DNA of 24,000 bases from an uncultured Anaeroplasmataceae bacterium (lineage in GTDB: Bacteria > Bacillota_I > Bacilli_A > Acholeplasmatales > Anaeroplasmataceae): positions 83,681-107,680 of the forward strand of contig CAJTXR010000002.1 in NCBI GenBank assembly GCA_910584005.1, in the 5' to 3' direction. Shown here piece after piece: positions 6,588-14,238 of the stretch. How positions within the stretch are numbered: the first letter of the stretch is position 1; each line of letters starts with the position of its first letter. Under the pieces are notes generated by a model. It was given only the letters and a program-made list of their open reading frames with translations. It was not told the origin of the DNA and did not search any database. The position numbers and the translations under genes are program-made.

Positions 6588-7153
6588 TGGAGTTTAAAAG
6601 TCCTGTTTACAATATTAGATCGGTTCCGATTGAAAAGATTGATCCTAATGATTATAATCCAAATTCTGTTGCACCTCCAGAGATGAGGTTACTTTATGAT
6701 AGTATCAAAGAAGACGGATATACGATGCCAATTGTTTGTTACTATAATAAAGCTGAAGATCGTTATATTATAGTTGATGGGTTTCATCGCTATCGAGTAA
6801 TGCTTGAATATCAAGATATTTATGAAAGAGAAAAAGGATTACTCCCTGTATCTGTTATAGACAAGCCATTAGAAAAGAGGATGGCAAGTACAATTCGGCA
6901 TAATCGGGCTCGCGGGACTCATAATGTAGATTTAATGAGTAATATTATTAGTGAACTTCATGAACTTGGACGTTCTGATGCTTGGATTTCTAAGCATTTA
7001 GGAATGGAAAAGGATGAAATATTGCGTTTAAAACAAATCACGGGTCTTTCAAAATTATTTCAAGATGTTGAATTTGGAAAAAGTTGGATTCCTGAAGATG
7101 ATTTTGATATGAACTTTGAAAAAGAAGAAGAGTATTTAGTTGGAAGTAAATAA
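6587..7153 (+). CDS. ParB/sulfiredoxin-like N-terminal domain protein (IbrB-like / DndB-related)
   Basis: The start overlaps the upstream stop (TAATG at 6585-6589), with GGAGGA at 6575-6580. ParB-N motifs: PNDYNPNSV, IIVDGFHRY (DGxHR at 6776-6790), and the Arg-rich IRHNRARGTH. Confidence 0.8.
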   Translation: MEFKSPVYNIRSVPIEKIDPNDYNPNSVAPPEMRLLYDSIKEDGYTMPIVCYYNKAEDRYIIVDGFHRYRVMLEYQDIYEREKGLLPVSVIDKPLEKRMASTIRHNRARGTHNVDLMSNIISELHELGRSDAWISKHLGMEKDEILRLKQITGLSKLFQDVEFGKSWIPEDDFDMNFEKEEEYLVGSK

Positions 7154-7160
7154 AAAATAA

Positions 7161-7188
7161 AAAAAAGCCAATAACTGTTGGCTTTTTG
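7161..7188. terminator. Hairpin terminator shared by the convergent ParB-like gene (+) and the tRNA operon (-)
   Basis: AAAAA + stem AGCCAA (7166-7171), loop TAACTG, stem TTGGCT (7178-7183), then TTTTT. A- and T-tracts on both sides. Confidence 0.7.
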
Positions 7189-7198
7189 AATTTTCTTA

Positions 7199-7275
7199 TG
7201 GCGCACCCTAGAGGATTCGAACCCCTAACCTTTTGATCCGTAGTCAAACGATCTATCCAATTGATCTAAGGGTGC
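7199..7275 (-). tRNA. tRNA-Arg (anticodon ACG), CCA encoded
   Basis: The reverse complement folds into a full cloverleaf: acceptor GCACCCT/AGGGTGC, D stem GATC/GATC, anticodon stem TTTGA/TCAAA with loop CTACGGA, T arm AGGGG-TTCGAAT-CCTCT, then GCCA at the 3' end. Confidence 0.95.
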
Positions 7276-7287
7276 AAGCTTTTCTAA

Positions 7288-7363
7288 TGGCGGTTCGGAC
7301 GGGACTTGAACCCGCGATCTCCAGTGTGACAGACTAGCATGTTAACCACTACACCACCGAACC
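7288..7363 (-). tRNA. tRNA-Asp (anticodon GTC), CCA encoded
   Basis: Reverse complement GGTTCGGTGGTGTAGTGGTTAACATGCTAGTCTGTCACACTGGAGATCGCGGGTTCAAGTCCCGTCCGAACCGCCA. Acceptor GGTTCGG/CCGAACC, anticodon stem CTAGT/ACTGG, loop CTGTCAC, T loop TTCAAGT. Confidence 0.95.
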
Positions 7364-7381
7364 ATCTCTTAACGCTTGATT

Positions 7382-7411
7382 ATTATATCATATTTACTAG
7401 TTTAAAAACAA
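7382..7411 (-). promoter_or_regulatory. Candidate promoter of the tRNA-Asp/tRNA-Arg operon
   Basis: On the minus strand: -35 TTGTTT (7406-7411), 18-nt spacer, extended -10 TGATATAAT (7382-7390), about 19 nt upstream of the tRNA-Asp 5' end. Confidence 0.4.
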
Positions 7412-7467
7412 GTACTTTTTTTCTTTTTTTAAAAAGCATATAATTAATACAAGAAAGAAGGATGGTT

Positions 7468-8496
7468 ATGAATAAAGAATATTTATCTCAAATAATAAAA
7501 CAAATTTTTGCGTGTGACTCTCCAACTGGATATAGTCATAATATAAATCAAACCCTTTTACAGTTGTTAAACGATCTTGGGTATTATCCTGAGATTACAA
7601 ATAAAGGAAATATCCAACTTTTTATTGAAGGGAAAAATCATTCCAAAACGGTAGCAACAAGTGCCCATGTGGATACATTAGGATTGATGGTGCGGTCTAT
7701 AAATTCAGATGGGACCCTATCTGTGACAAATGTAGGAGGGCCATCTATTCCAACATTAGATGGAGAATACTGTACCATTGTGACCCGTTCACATCAAAAA
7801 TATACAGGAACAATTTTATGTACAAGTGCATCTGTTCATGTTTATGAGGATGCGAAAAGTAAACCTCGAGATTTAGATTCAATGATGGTTCGGATTGATG
7901 AAAAGGTCTTCTGTAAGGAGGATGTTAGAAATTTAGGAATTGATCATGGAGATTATATCTTTATTGATCCTAAAACAACAATAACTCCTAGTGGTTTTTT
8001 AAAAAGTCGATTTATTGATGATAAAGGAAGTGTATGTGCAATTCTTTGTGTGTTAAAAGAAATAAAGGAAAAAAAGATTATGCCTGCATATGATACTTTT
8101 GTTTATTTTGTGAATCAAGAGGAAGTAGGACATGGTGCAGCTACTGTGAATGCTAAAATTGATGAGTTTGTTACAGTAGATATGGGATGTATAGGAAAAG
8201 ATTTAGCTGGAAATGAATATAAGGTTTCTATATGTGCGAAAGATTCAGGTGGACCTTATAGTTATGATCTTACTACAAAGCTAATTCATTTGGCTCAACA
8301 AAATGAAATTCAATATGTAGTAGATATTTTTCCATATTATGGTTCAGATATAGGAGCAGCATGGAGAAGTGGAGTAGATTGTGCAGGAGCTTTAATTGGG
8401 CCAGGAGTACATGCAAGTCATGGAATGGAACGAACTCATTTAGATTCTATTGAGCAGACAATAAAGCTTTTATATTTATATCTCATTCACGAGTAA
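7468..8496 (+). CDS. M42-family metallo-aminopeptidase (glutamyl aminopeptidase / FrvX/YsdC-like)
   Basis: SAHVDTLGLMV, RFIDDKGSV, NQEEVGHGAA and HASHGMERTH are metal-ligand-type motifs typical of M42 peptidases. ATG at 7468 has better spacing from AGAAGG (7456-7461) than the track start at 7462. Confidence 0.8.
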   Translation: MNKEYLSQIIKQIFACDSPTGYSHNINQTLLQLLNDLGYYPEITNKGNIQLFIEGKNHSKTVATSAHVDTLGLMVRSINSDGTLSVTNVGGPSIPTLDGEYCTIVTRSHQKYTGTILCTSASVHVYEDAKSKPRDLDSMMVRIDEKVFCKEDVRNLGIDHGDYIFIDPKTTITPSGFLKSRFIDDKGSVCAILCVLKEIKEKKIMPAYDTFVYFVNQEEVGHGAATVNAKIDEFVTVDMGCIGKDLAGNEYKVSICAKDSGGPYSYDLTTKLIHLAQQNEIQYVVDIFPYYGSDIGAAWRSGVDCAGALIGPGVHASHGMERTHLDSIEQTIKLLYLYLIHE

Positions 8497-8530
8497 AAAG
8501 AAGAGAAGAGTATCTTCTTTTCTTTTTTAT
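8497..8530 (+). terminator. Probable terminator after the M42 peptidase gene
   Basis: Purine-rich arm AAAGAAGA (about 8497-8504) pairs with TCTTCTTT (8513-8520), followed by a T-rich run CTTTTTT. Confidence 0.45.
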
Positions 8531-8534
8531 TTCG

Positions 8535-8543
8535 TGATATAAT
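8535..8543 (+). promoter_or_regulatory. Extended -10 element upstream of the orphan gene
   Basis: TGATATAAT (8535-8543) with no convincing -35. It overlaps the track ATG at 8542, supporting the downstream start at 8569. Confidence 0.3.
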
Positions 8544-8568
8544 GAAAAAAAGAATAGAGGGGAAAAAT

Positions 8569-9657
8569 ATGCTTAAAGATTTGATATTAGATAACGAAAG
8601 AAAAATAGAAAAATTTGATATAAATTATTTTAAAAAAGCAAAAAATTATCCTGTGGTGGCTTCTCTTTCAGCATTAGAAACGACGAATGAAATACAAAAA
8701 TGCTACTTTGAACAGGAGGATTCAACCATTTCTTTTAATGTATTAAAACTCTATGCATTATTGCAGAGTCTTTTTGTTTCAATAGATTCTTTATATGCCC
8801 TCTCTTATTCGTTAACGAAAAGTAAAAGTTTTATAAATATTAATAAAAATCAAATCCTAAGAGAATTAAAATATATTCGAAATGATGTGGTTGGGCATCC
8901 TGCCAATCGTATGTATAATTCTTCTGTTCTTGCATACTGTATCCTTGATAATGAGAGCGTAACAAAAAAAGAATTTTCTTATGATATTTATACAGGACAA
9001 GGTGTGGAAAAAAAGAAAGTGGATGTTGAACAATTAATCCAATCCTATTATTTAGAATGTAATACATTATTAAAAGAATTACAAAGTGTTGCTAAGGATG
9101 AACGACAAAATTCAATGTTGATTCATATGTCAATAGAGGCTATAAATTTATTTGATATGGAAGGAAATTACAAAGATAAACTTGAGGAATTAAAAAAATT
9201 GTATTTTACTTTGTACCCTTCTGCAACCTCTAATCAGCATCGTTTCTTATGGCGAATGGAGCTCATTGAGGAATTATTAAATTATGAAAACAAAGATCAA
9301 GATATTCAAGAGTTAAAAGAATATGCAATTGGTCTAGAAATTATTAAAATTTATCAACTTCTTTCAGGTAAACTTTATCCAATGTCTTTAGGGAGAAGAA
9401 AGCCATTTTTAGTTTCATCTTTTTATCGATTTATCAAGAAAAATAAAACTTCATTACAGCATATAGATAAAATAACGGATATCAAAAATCCATTAATTAA
9501 AAATTCTTTTGAAGAATTATTAAAATTGGCCATAGATAAAAATGCGATAGGACCAATAAAATATATAACATTATTGCAGGAATTATATCAAAATCAAAAT
9601 GATTCTTTGCTCTATGCATTATCATTACCATTAAAGGAGTATAAAAAAGGGAAATAA
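8569..9657 (+). CDS. Hypothetical all-helical protein with a HEPN/Abi-like R-N-x4-H motif; monocistronic
   Basis: ATG at 8569 sits 6 nt after GAGGGG. Motif LKYIRNDVVGHPANRMYN (RNDVVGH at 8878-8898). No TM segment or signal peptide. Flanked by a terminator upstream and the typA promoter downstream. Confidence 0.6.
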   Translation: MLKDLILDNERKIEKFDINYFKKAKNYPVVASLSALETTNEIQKCYFEQEDSTISFNVLKLYALLQSLFVSIDSLYALSYSLTKSKSFININKNQILRELKYIRNDVVGHPANRMYNSSVLAYCILDNESVTKKEFSYDIYTGQGVEKKKVDVEQLIQSYYLECNTLLKELQSVAKDERQNSMLIHMSIEAINLFDMEGNYKDKLEELKKLYFTLYPSATSNQHRFLWRMELIEELLNYENKDQDIQELKEYAIGLEIIKIYQLLSGKLYPMSLGRRKPFLVSSFYRFIKKNKTSLQHIDKITDIKNPLIKNSFEELLKLAIDKNAIGPIKYITLLQELYQNQNDSLLYALSLPLKEYKKGK

Positions 9658-9690
9658 TCCAAAATTTATATAGATATAATTCTTAATTTT

Positions 9691-9699
9691 TGGTATAAT
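9691..9699 (+). promoter_or_regulatory. Extended -10 element upstream of typA
   Basis: TGGTATAAT (9691-9699), 30 nt upstream of the ATG at 9729. It lies upstream of the GGAGG RBS and overlaps nothing in the real CDS. Confidence 0.35.
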
Positions 9700-9728
9700 A
9701 CCTTTTGTATTTTTGTTGGAGGTTGCTT

Positions 9729-11561
9729 ATGGATATAAGAAATATTGCGATTATAGCTCATGTCGATCATGGGAAAACTACTTTAGTCGACAAGTTATTA
9801 AAAAGTTCACATACTTTTAGAGAGAATCAGGTTGTAGAAGAACGAGTAATGGATTCTAACGCTTTAGAGCGTGAAAGAGGAATTACAATCTTGGCTAAAA
9901 ATACAGCAGTGATTTATAAGGATACAAAAATTAACATATTAGATACACCTGGACATGCCGATTTTTCTGGTGAAGTAGAACGAATTATGAAAATGGTGGA
10001 TGGTGTGGTTTTGGTTGTGGATGCTTATGAAGGAACAATGCCACAAACAAGGTTTGTATTAAAAAAAGCATTTGAAGCTCATTTAAAGCCAATTGTTGTT
10101 ATTAATAAAGTGGATAAACCTTCTGCAAGACCAATTGAGGTAATTGATGAGGTCTTAGAGCTATTCATTGATTTAGGCTGTGATGAGGATGAACTAGATT
10201 TCCCTGTTTGTTTTGCATCAGCAGTTAATAATACTTGTTCATTGTCAAGTGATCTTTCAACTCAAAAAGTAGGAATGGAGCCTTTATTAGACATGATTTT
10301 AAAAGAAATTCCTGCTCCTTGTATGGATAAAAAATCTCCTCTCCAACTCCAACCTGCTTTGCTAGATTATACAGATTTTGTTGGTCGTATTGGAATTGGT
10401 AAGATTGCAAGAGGAACAATTCACTCAGGTGAAATTGTTTCTTGTTGTAGACTAGATGGAACAATTAAAAGTTTTAGAGTACAGAAACTTTATGGCTTTT
10501 TAGGTTTAGATCGTATAGAAGTTAAAGAGGCTTCAGCTGGAGAAATTGTGGCTGTTTCAGGCTTAGGGGATATTTCAGTTGGGGAAACCATATGTACACA
10601 AGGACAAGAAGAAGCATTAGAAAAAATCCATATTTCAGAACCTACTGTCCAAATGACTTTTGGTACGAATACCTCTCCTTTTTGTGGAAAGGATGGCAAA
10701 AATGTCACCGCAACAAAATTAGAGGAACGTTTATTTAGAGAGGTTCAAAAGGATGTATCATTAAAGGTCCAAAGAATTGAACGGGCAGAAGAATGGCTTG
10801 TATCTGGTCGTGGAGAATTACATTTGAGTATTTTAATTGAAACAATGCGTAGAGAAGGCTATGAATTTCAAGTTTCACGGCCTCATGTCATTATGAAAGA
10901 GGTAAATGGGGTAACTTGCGAACCCTATGAATATTGTGTGATTGATGTGCCTTCAGATTCAGCAGGTTCAGTAATTGAAATGCTTGGAAATCGACATGGA
11001 ACTATGGAAAGTATGTCTAATACGGAAACCCAAACACGATTAATTTACACAATTCCTTCTCGAGGATTAATTGGCTTTAATACAGATTTTATGACTGCGA
11101 CAAAAGGTTATGGCATTCTAAATCACAGCTATTTAGAATATCGTCCTATGGAAAATATAGCAATTGCAGAACGTTCGACAGGAGTTTTAGTTTCTATGGC
11201 TTTAGGTCAATCTACAGCATACTCTATTGGTGCTTTAGAGGATCGTGGAACAATGTTCATTGCTCCAGGAGAAGAAATTTATGAAGGCATGATTGTTGGT
11301 GAAGCAAATAAAAATTTAGATTTGGCTGTCAATGTAGTTCGAGCAAAACAACAAACCAATACTCGTTCTTCTAATAAGGACACAACCGTTGTCTTAAAAA
11401 CTCCAAGAGTTTTAACTTTAGAAGCTTGTTTAGAATTTATAAATGAGGATGAACTCGTTGAGATTACACCTAAAAATATTCGTTTGCGTAAACGTATATT
11501 AGATACAGTAGAACGAAAAAAATATGATGCTAAAATTAGAAATATGAAAGAAGAGGCCTAA
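9729..11561 (+). CDS. typA: Translational GTPase TypA/BipA
   Basis: [21 protein letters not shown] (G1), DTPGHADF (G3), NKVDK (G4), and EF-G-like domains through the C-terminus. ATG at 9729 follows GGAGG. The track start at 9705 adds 8 unlikely residues. Confidence 0.95.
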   Translation: MDIRNIAIIAHVDHGKTTLVDKLLKSSHTFRENQVVEERVMDSNALERERGITILAKNTAVIYKDTKINILDTPGHADFSGEVERIMKMVDGVVLVVDAYEGTMPQTRFVLKKAFEAHLKPIVVINKVDKPSARPIEVIDEVLELFIDLGCDEDELDFPVCFASAVNNTCSLSSDLSTQKVGMEPLLDMILKEIPAPCMDKKSPLQLQPALLDYTDFVGRIGIGKIARGTIHSGEIVSCCRLDGTIKSFRVQKLYGFLGLDRIEVKEASAGEIVAVSGLGDISVGETICTQGQEEALEKIHISEPTVQMTFGTNTSPFCGKDGKNVTATKLEERLFREVQKDVSLKVQRIERAEEWLVSGRGELHLSILIETMRREGYEFQVSRPHVIMKEVNGVTCEPYEYCVIDVPSDSAGSVIEMLGNRHGTMESMSNTETQTRLIYTIPSRGLIGFNTDFMTATKGYGILNHSYLEYRPMENIAIAERSTGVLVSMALGQSTAYSIGALEDRGTMFIAPGEEIYEGMIVGEANKNLDLAVNVVRAKQQTNTRSSNKDTTVVLKTPRVLTLEACLEFINEDELVEITPKNIRLRKRILDTVERKKYDAKIRNMKEEA

Positions 11562-11620
11562 TTTCATAAAATTTCTCTTCATATGTTTATTTTTTAAAAA
11601 ATAGAATCCTTTGGAAACAC

Positions 11621-11650
11621 TTGACAAAGTCAAGTAAAACATTTTATAAT
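11621..11650 (+). promoter_or_regulatory. Near-consensus sigma-A promoter for the DUF4234 gene
   Basis: -35 TTGACA (11621-11626), 18-nt spacer, -10 TATAAT (11645-11650). Inverted repeat ACTTGAC-AAA-GTCAAGT (11619-11635) overlaps the -35. Confidence 0.55.
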
Positions 11651-11686
11651 ATGAATATATTCATTAAGATGTAGGAGAGGATAGTA

Positions 11687-12019
11687 ATGAAAAAAAGAGA
11701 AGTATTAACTGTTGTTTTACTTGGCCTATTTACTTGTGGAATCTATTCTTTATATTGGTTTTATACAACCGCAGAAGATTTAAATGTGGAAGATGATGAA
11801 GAACCATTAATGAATTATATTCTTGCAATACTTTTAGGCATAGTCACTTGTGGTATTTACTTAATTTATTGGGATTATAAGTTCTATCAAAAGGTGGACA
11901 AGGTTACAGGTGAAAATAACGCAATTGTTAACTTTTTACTAGGGTTATTCCTTACACCAATTGTTGGTATGGCAATTGCCCAAAATTCAATTAATAGTCA
12001 CGCAAAAGATGAGGATTAA
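11687..12019 (+). CDS. DUF4234-type small membrane protein
   Basis: Two copies of the hallmark TCGIYxxYW motif (FTCGIYSLYWFY and VTCGIYLIYWDY) in hydrophobic segments. RBS GGAGAGG. Confidence 0.7.
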   Translation: MKKREVLTVVLLGLFTCGIYSLYWFYTTAEDLNVEDDEEPLMNYILAILLGIVTCGIYLIYWDYKFYQKVDKVTGENNAIVNFLLGLFLTPIVGMAIAQNSINSHAKDED

Positions 12020-12025
12020 GACAAG

Positions 12026-12064
12026 AGAATTCACCTGTTAAATTTAACAGGTGAATTCTTTTTT
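12026..12064 (+). terminator. Strong rho-independent terminator (perfect 34-bp palindrome)
   Basis: AGAATTCACCTGTTAAA / TTTAACAGGTGAATTCT (12026-12059) followed by TTTTT. Confidence 0.85.
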
Positions 12065-12078
12065 AAAGGAGAAAGAAC

Positions 12079-12516
12079 ATGAAAAAAGCAATTAAAAATT
12101 TGATGTGTTTTATAAGTGAATATAATGTTTTATTATCCTTGTTTGCTTTATATGTATTTATGACTCATGCTTTGGAAATTCAAAATTGTATAGTAAAGCT
12201 ATTGATTGGATACCCTTGCCCTGGCTGTGGAATGAGTAGGGCAGCATTTGCATTAATGCGATTTGATTTTGCTGAGGCTTTTCGGTATAATCCGTTTATT
12301 TATTTGTTTCCTTTTGCTGTTTTTGGTATTGCTTTTAAAGACAATAACATCATTCAAAAATGGATAAAAAAACCTTTGATTTGGAGTATTATCCTTATTG
12401 TTATAATTCTCACGTACATTTTAAGATTTATTTTTATTTATCCCAATGCTCCTATGGACTATTATCCCAATAATTTATTAGCTTTCATTTTTTCTTTATT
12501 TAAAAAAGGAGCTTAA
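12079..12516 (+). CDS. DUF2752-type membrane protein
   Basis: YPCPGCGMSRA motif (CPxCGxxRA, typical of DUF2752) followed by hydrophobic helices. RBS AAAGGAG. Confidence 0.7.
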   Translation: MKKAIKNLMCFISEYNVLLSLFALYVFMTHALEIQNCIVKLLIGYPCPGCGMSRAAFALMRFDFAEAFRYNPFIYLFPFAVFGIAFKDNNIIQKWIKKPLIWSIILIVIILTYILRFIFIYPNAPMDYYPNNLLAFIFSLFKKGA

Positions 12517-12524
12517 ATTAAAAA

Positions 12525-12565
12525 AAGATGTTTATAAACCTTTTTTTCTTGTTTAAAAACATCTT
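12525..12565. terminator. Bidirectional terminator between the convergent DUF2752 gene and pepT
   Basis: AAGATGTTTATAAAC (12525-12539), T-rich loop of about 11 nt, GTTTAAAAACATCTT (12551-12565). A 15-bp stem with one mismatch, flanked by an A-tract upstream. Confidence 0.6.
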
Positions 12566-12571
12566 GTCATT

Positions 12572-13780
12572 TTATTTAAATTTAGCAATTTGAATTAAAA
12601 TCTTAGTTACAAGCTCCATTTCCTCTAGACAAGCAAATTCATATGGTCCATGACAATTATAACCTCCTGTGCCAAGATTTGGAGTTGGTAATCCCATAAA
12701 CGTGATTCTTGCTCCATCTGTGCCCCCTCGTATTGGACTTGCAATAGGAACAATATTTAAATCCTTCATGGCTTGTTTCGCATGTTCTATACACTCTGGA
12801 TTTTGTTTGATTATTTCTGCCATATTTTTATAAGAATCTTTTATTTCAACTTCAACGATATCTTTTTGGTATTTTTGGTTAATGAAATCTTTTGCCGCAA
12901 GAAGAACTTCTTTTTTTTGTTGCAATTTTAAAGCATCATGATCACGAAGAATATAGGACAATTTTGCTTCACCTACAATACCTTTCATTTCTGTTAAATG
13001 AATAAATCCATCATATGCATCTGTGTATTCGGGCTTTTGTTCTTTTGGTAAAAGACTATGATATTCAACTGCAATTTCACTTGCGTTAATCATTTGATTT
13101 TTTGCACTTCCAGGATGAATATCTAATCCTTGAATGGTTATTAAAGCTGCTGCAGCATTGAAGTTTTCAAAGTTGATTTCTTGGTATGCACCACCATCAA
13201 CGGTATAAGCATAATCACAATTAAATAAAGATAAATCAAATTTTTCAATTCCCGTTCCAATTTCTTCATCAGGGGTAAAAGCTACATGTATCTCTGTGTG
13301 AGGAGTATTTGTCGTTTTAAAATACCAAAGCATTGCCATTATTTCGGCAATCCCTGCTTTGTCATCTGCTCCTAAAACTGTAGTTCCATCTGTAGTAATT
13401 AAAGTCTTTCCTTTCAAATGTTTTAAAAAAGGGAATTGCTTTGTGGATAATACAATATTTTTTAAAGAAATATCCTCCCCATCATAGTTTGAAATGATTT
13501 GAGGGTGGACATTTGCACCGCTAAATCCAGGAATTGTATCCATGTGAGCGATAAATCCAATGGATTTTTCTTTTGTAGTAAGCGTAGAGGGAAGGGTTGC
13601 ATAAACAAAGCAGTGCTCTGTTAAAGAAATATCTACTAATCCCAATTCCTTTAATTCTTCTATAAGGAGATGAGCTAAATCAAATTGTTTTTGAGTTGAT
13701 GGTGTTGAAGTAGATGTTTCACTTGACATGGTATCTATTTTCACATAGCGGATAAAATTTTCTAATATTTTTGTCTTCAT
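12572..13780 (-). CDS. pepT: Peptidase T (M20B tripeptide aminopeptidase)
   Basis: N-terminal FIRYVKIDTMS, HMDT, GADDKAGIAEIM, FTPDEEIG and a C-terminal YNCHGPYEF. This is the characteristic PepT/M20 metal-ligand pattern, and the length of 402 aa fits. Confidence 0.9.
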   Translation of the reverse strand: MKTKILENFIRYVKIDTMSSETSTSTPSTQKQFDLAHLLIEELKELGLVDISLTEHCFVYATLPSTLTTKEKSIGFIAHMDTIPGFSGANVHPQIISNYDGEDISLKNIVLSTKQFPFLKHLKGKTLITTDGTTVLGADDKAGIAEIMAMLWYFKTTNTPHTEIHVAFTPDEEIGTGIEKFDLSLFNCDYAYTVDGGAYQEINFENFNAAAALITIQGLDIHPGSAKNQMINASEIAVEYHSLLPKEQKPEYTDAYDGFIHLTEMKGIVGEAKLSYILRDHDALKLQQKKEVLLAAKDFINQKYQKDIVEVEIKDSYKNMAEIIKQNPECIEHAKQAMKDLNIVPIASPIRGGTDGARITFMGLPTPNLGTGGYNCHGPYEFACLEEMELVTKILIQIAKFK

Positions 13781-13909
13781 TATTTTCTTCCTTTCGTTTT
13801 TATTTTAATTATAATATAGAATTTATAATAATAAAAGATTGAGAGAAATTCTTTTTTAAAAAATGCGATTGAAAAATAATCACTTTTTGTTGAAATTCAT
13901 TTAAAAACC

Positions 13910-13938
13910 TTGCTTGAAGCATATTTTTGAGGTATAAT
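13910..13938 (+). promoter_or_regulatory. Candidate promoter of the cold-shock gene
   Basis: -35 TTGCTT (13910-13915), 17-nt spacer, -10 TATAAT (13933-13938), then RBS AAAGGAG before the ATG at 13967. Confidence 0.5.
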
Positions 13939-13966
13939 TAATTCATAGGGTTGAAAGGAGTAACTC

Positions 13967-14164
13967 ATGAAGGGTAAAGTTAAATGGTTTAATGCCGAAA
14001 AAGGCTATGGTTTTATCGTTTCTGAAGATGGCAAAGAAATTTTTGTTCATTTCAGTTCAATTTTAGCAGATGGCTATAAGACATTAAATGAAGGCGAAGA
14101 AGTCACTTTTGAAGTTGTAGAAGGTGAACGTGGTCAATTAGCTAAGGATGTTAAAAGAGCTTAA
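13967..14164 (+). CDS. csp: Cold-shock protein (CspA family, S1-like OB fold)
   Basis: [17 protein letters not shown] (RNP1 KGYGFI) and VFVHFS (RNP2). 65 aa. Confidence 0.95.
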   Translation: MKGKVKWFNAEKGYGFIVSEDGKEIFVHFSSILADGYKTLNEGEEVTFEVVEGERGQLAKDVKRA

Positions 14165-14180
14165 GTTTTAATTTGATTAC

Positions 14181-14210
14181 AAAAGGGGATTTTGGTATCT
14201 CCTTTTTTCT
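14181..14210 (+). terminator. Rho-independent terminator after csp
   Basis: AAAAGGGGAT (14181-14190), loop TTTGGT, ATCTCCTTTT (14197-14206, one G-T pair), T-run. Confidence 0.7.
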
Positions 14211-14238
14211 TTTTGTCATATAATAAAATGGTGATCAT

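Noticed and set aside
7038-7247. 69-aa minus-strand ORF (MTTDQKVRGSNPLGCAI...).
   Set aside because: Its 5' part is the tRNA-Arg gene read as protein (7199-7247). The rest runs through the terminator and antisense to the ParB-like gene. It is an artefact.
5098-7363. The idea that the PAPS-reductase/ParB pair is a tRNA-integrated genomic island.
   Set aside because: There is no integrase or recombinase gene. I could not find a direct repeat of the tRNA-Arg 3' end (…GGATTCGAACCCCTAACC…) in 5098-5267 or elsewhere to the left. Accessory status remains possible but is not demonstrated by this sequence.
11562-11618. A terminator downstream of typA.
   Set aside because: The region holds only A/T runs (TTTTTTAAAAAA) with no stable GC-containing stem. 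Read-through or Rho-dependent termination cannot be distinguished from the sequence alone.
12026-12059. The 34-bp perfect palindrome containing two GAATTC sites as a mobile-element inverted repeat or a protein-binding site.
   Set aside because: Its position directly after a stop codon, followed by a T-run, is fully explained by an intrinsic terminator. No second copy exists in the window.
14165-14238. A lysine riboswitch (L-box) or long leader upstream of dapA, and a TATAAT at 14219-14224 as its promoter.
   Set aside because: The whole intergenic region is 74 nt and is mostly occupied by the csp terminator, which is far too short for an L-box. The TATAAT would give a leader too short to include the RBS, so I did not call it.
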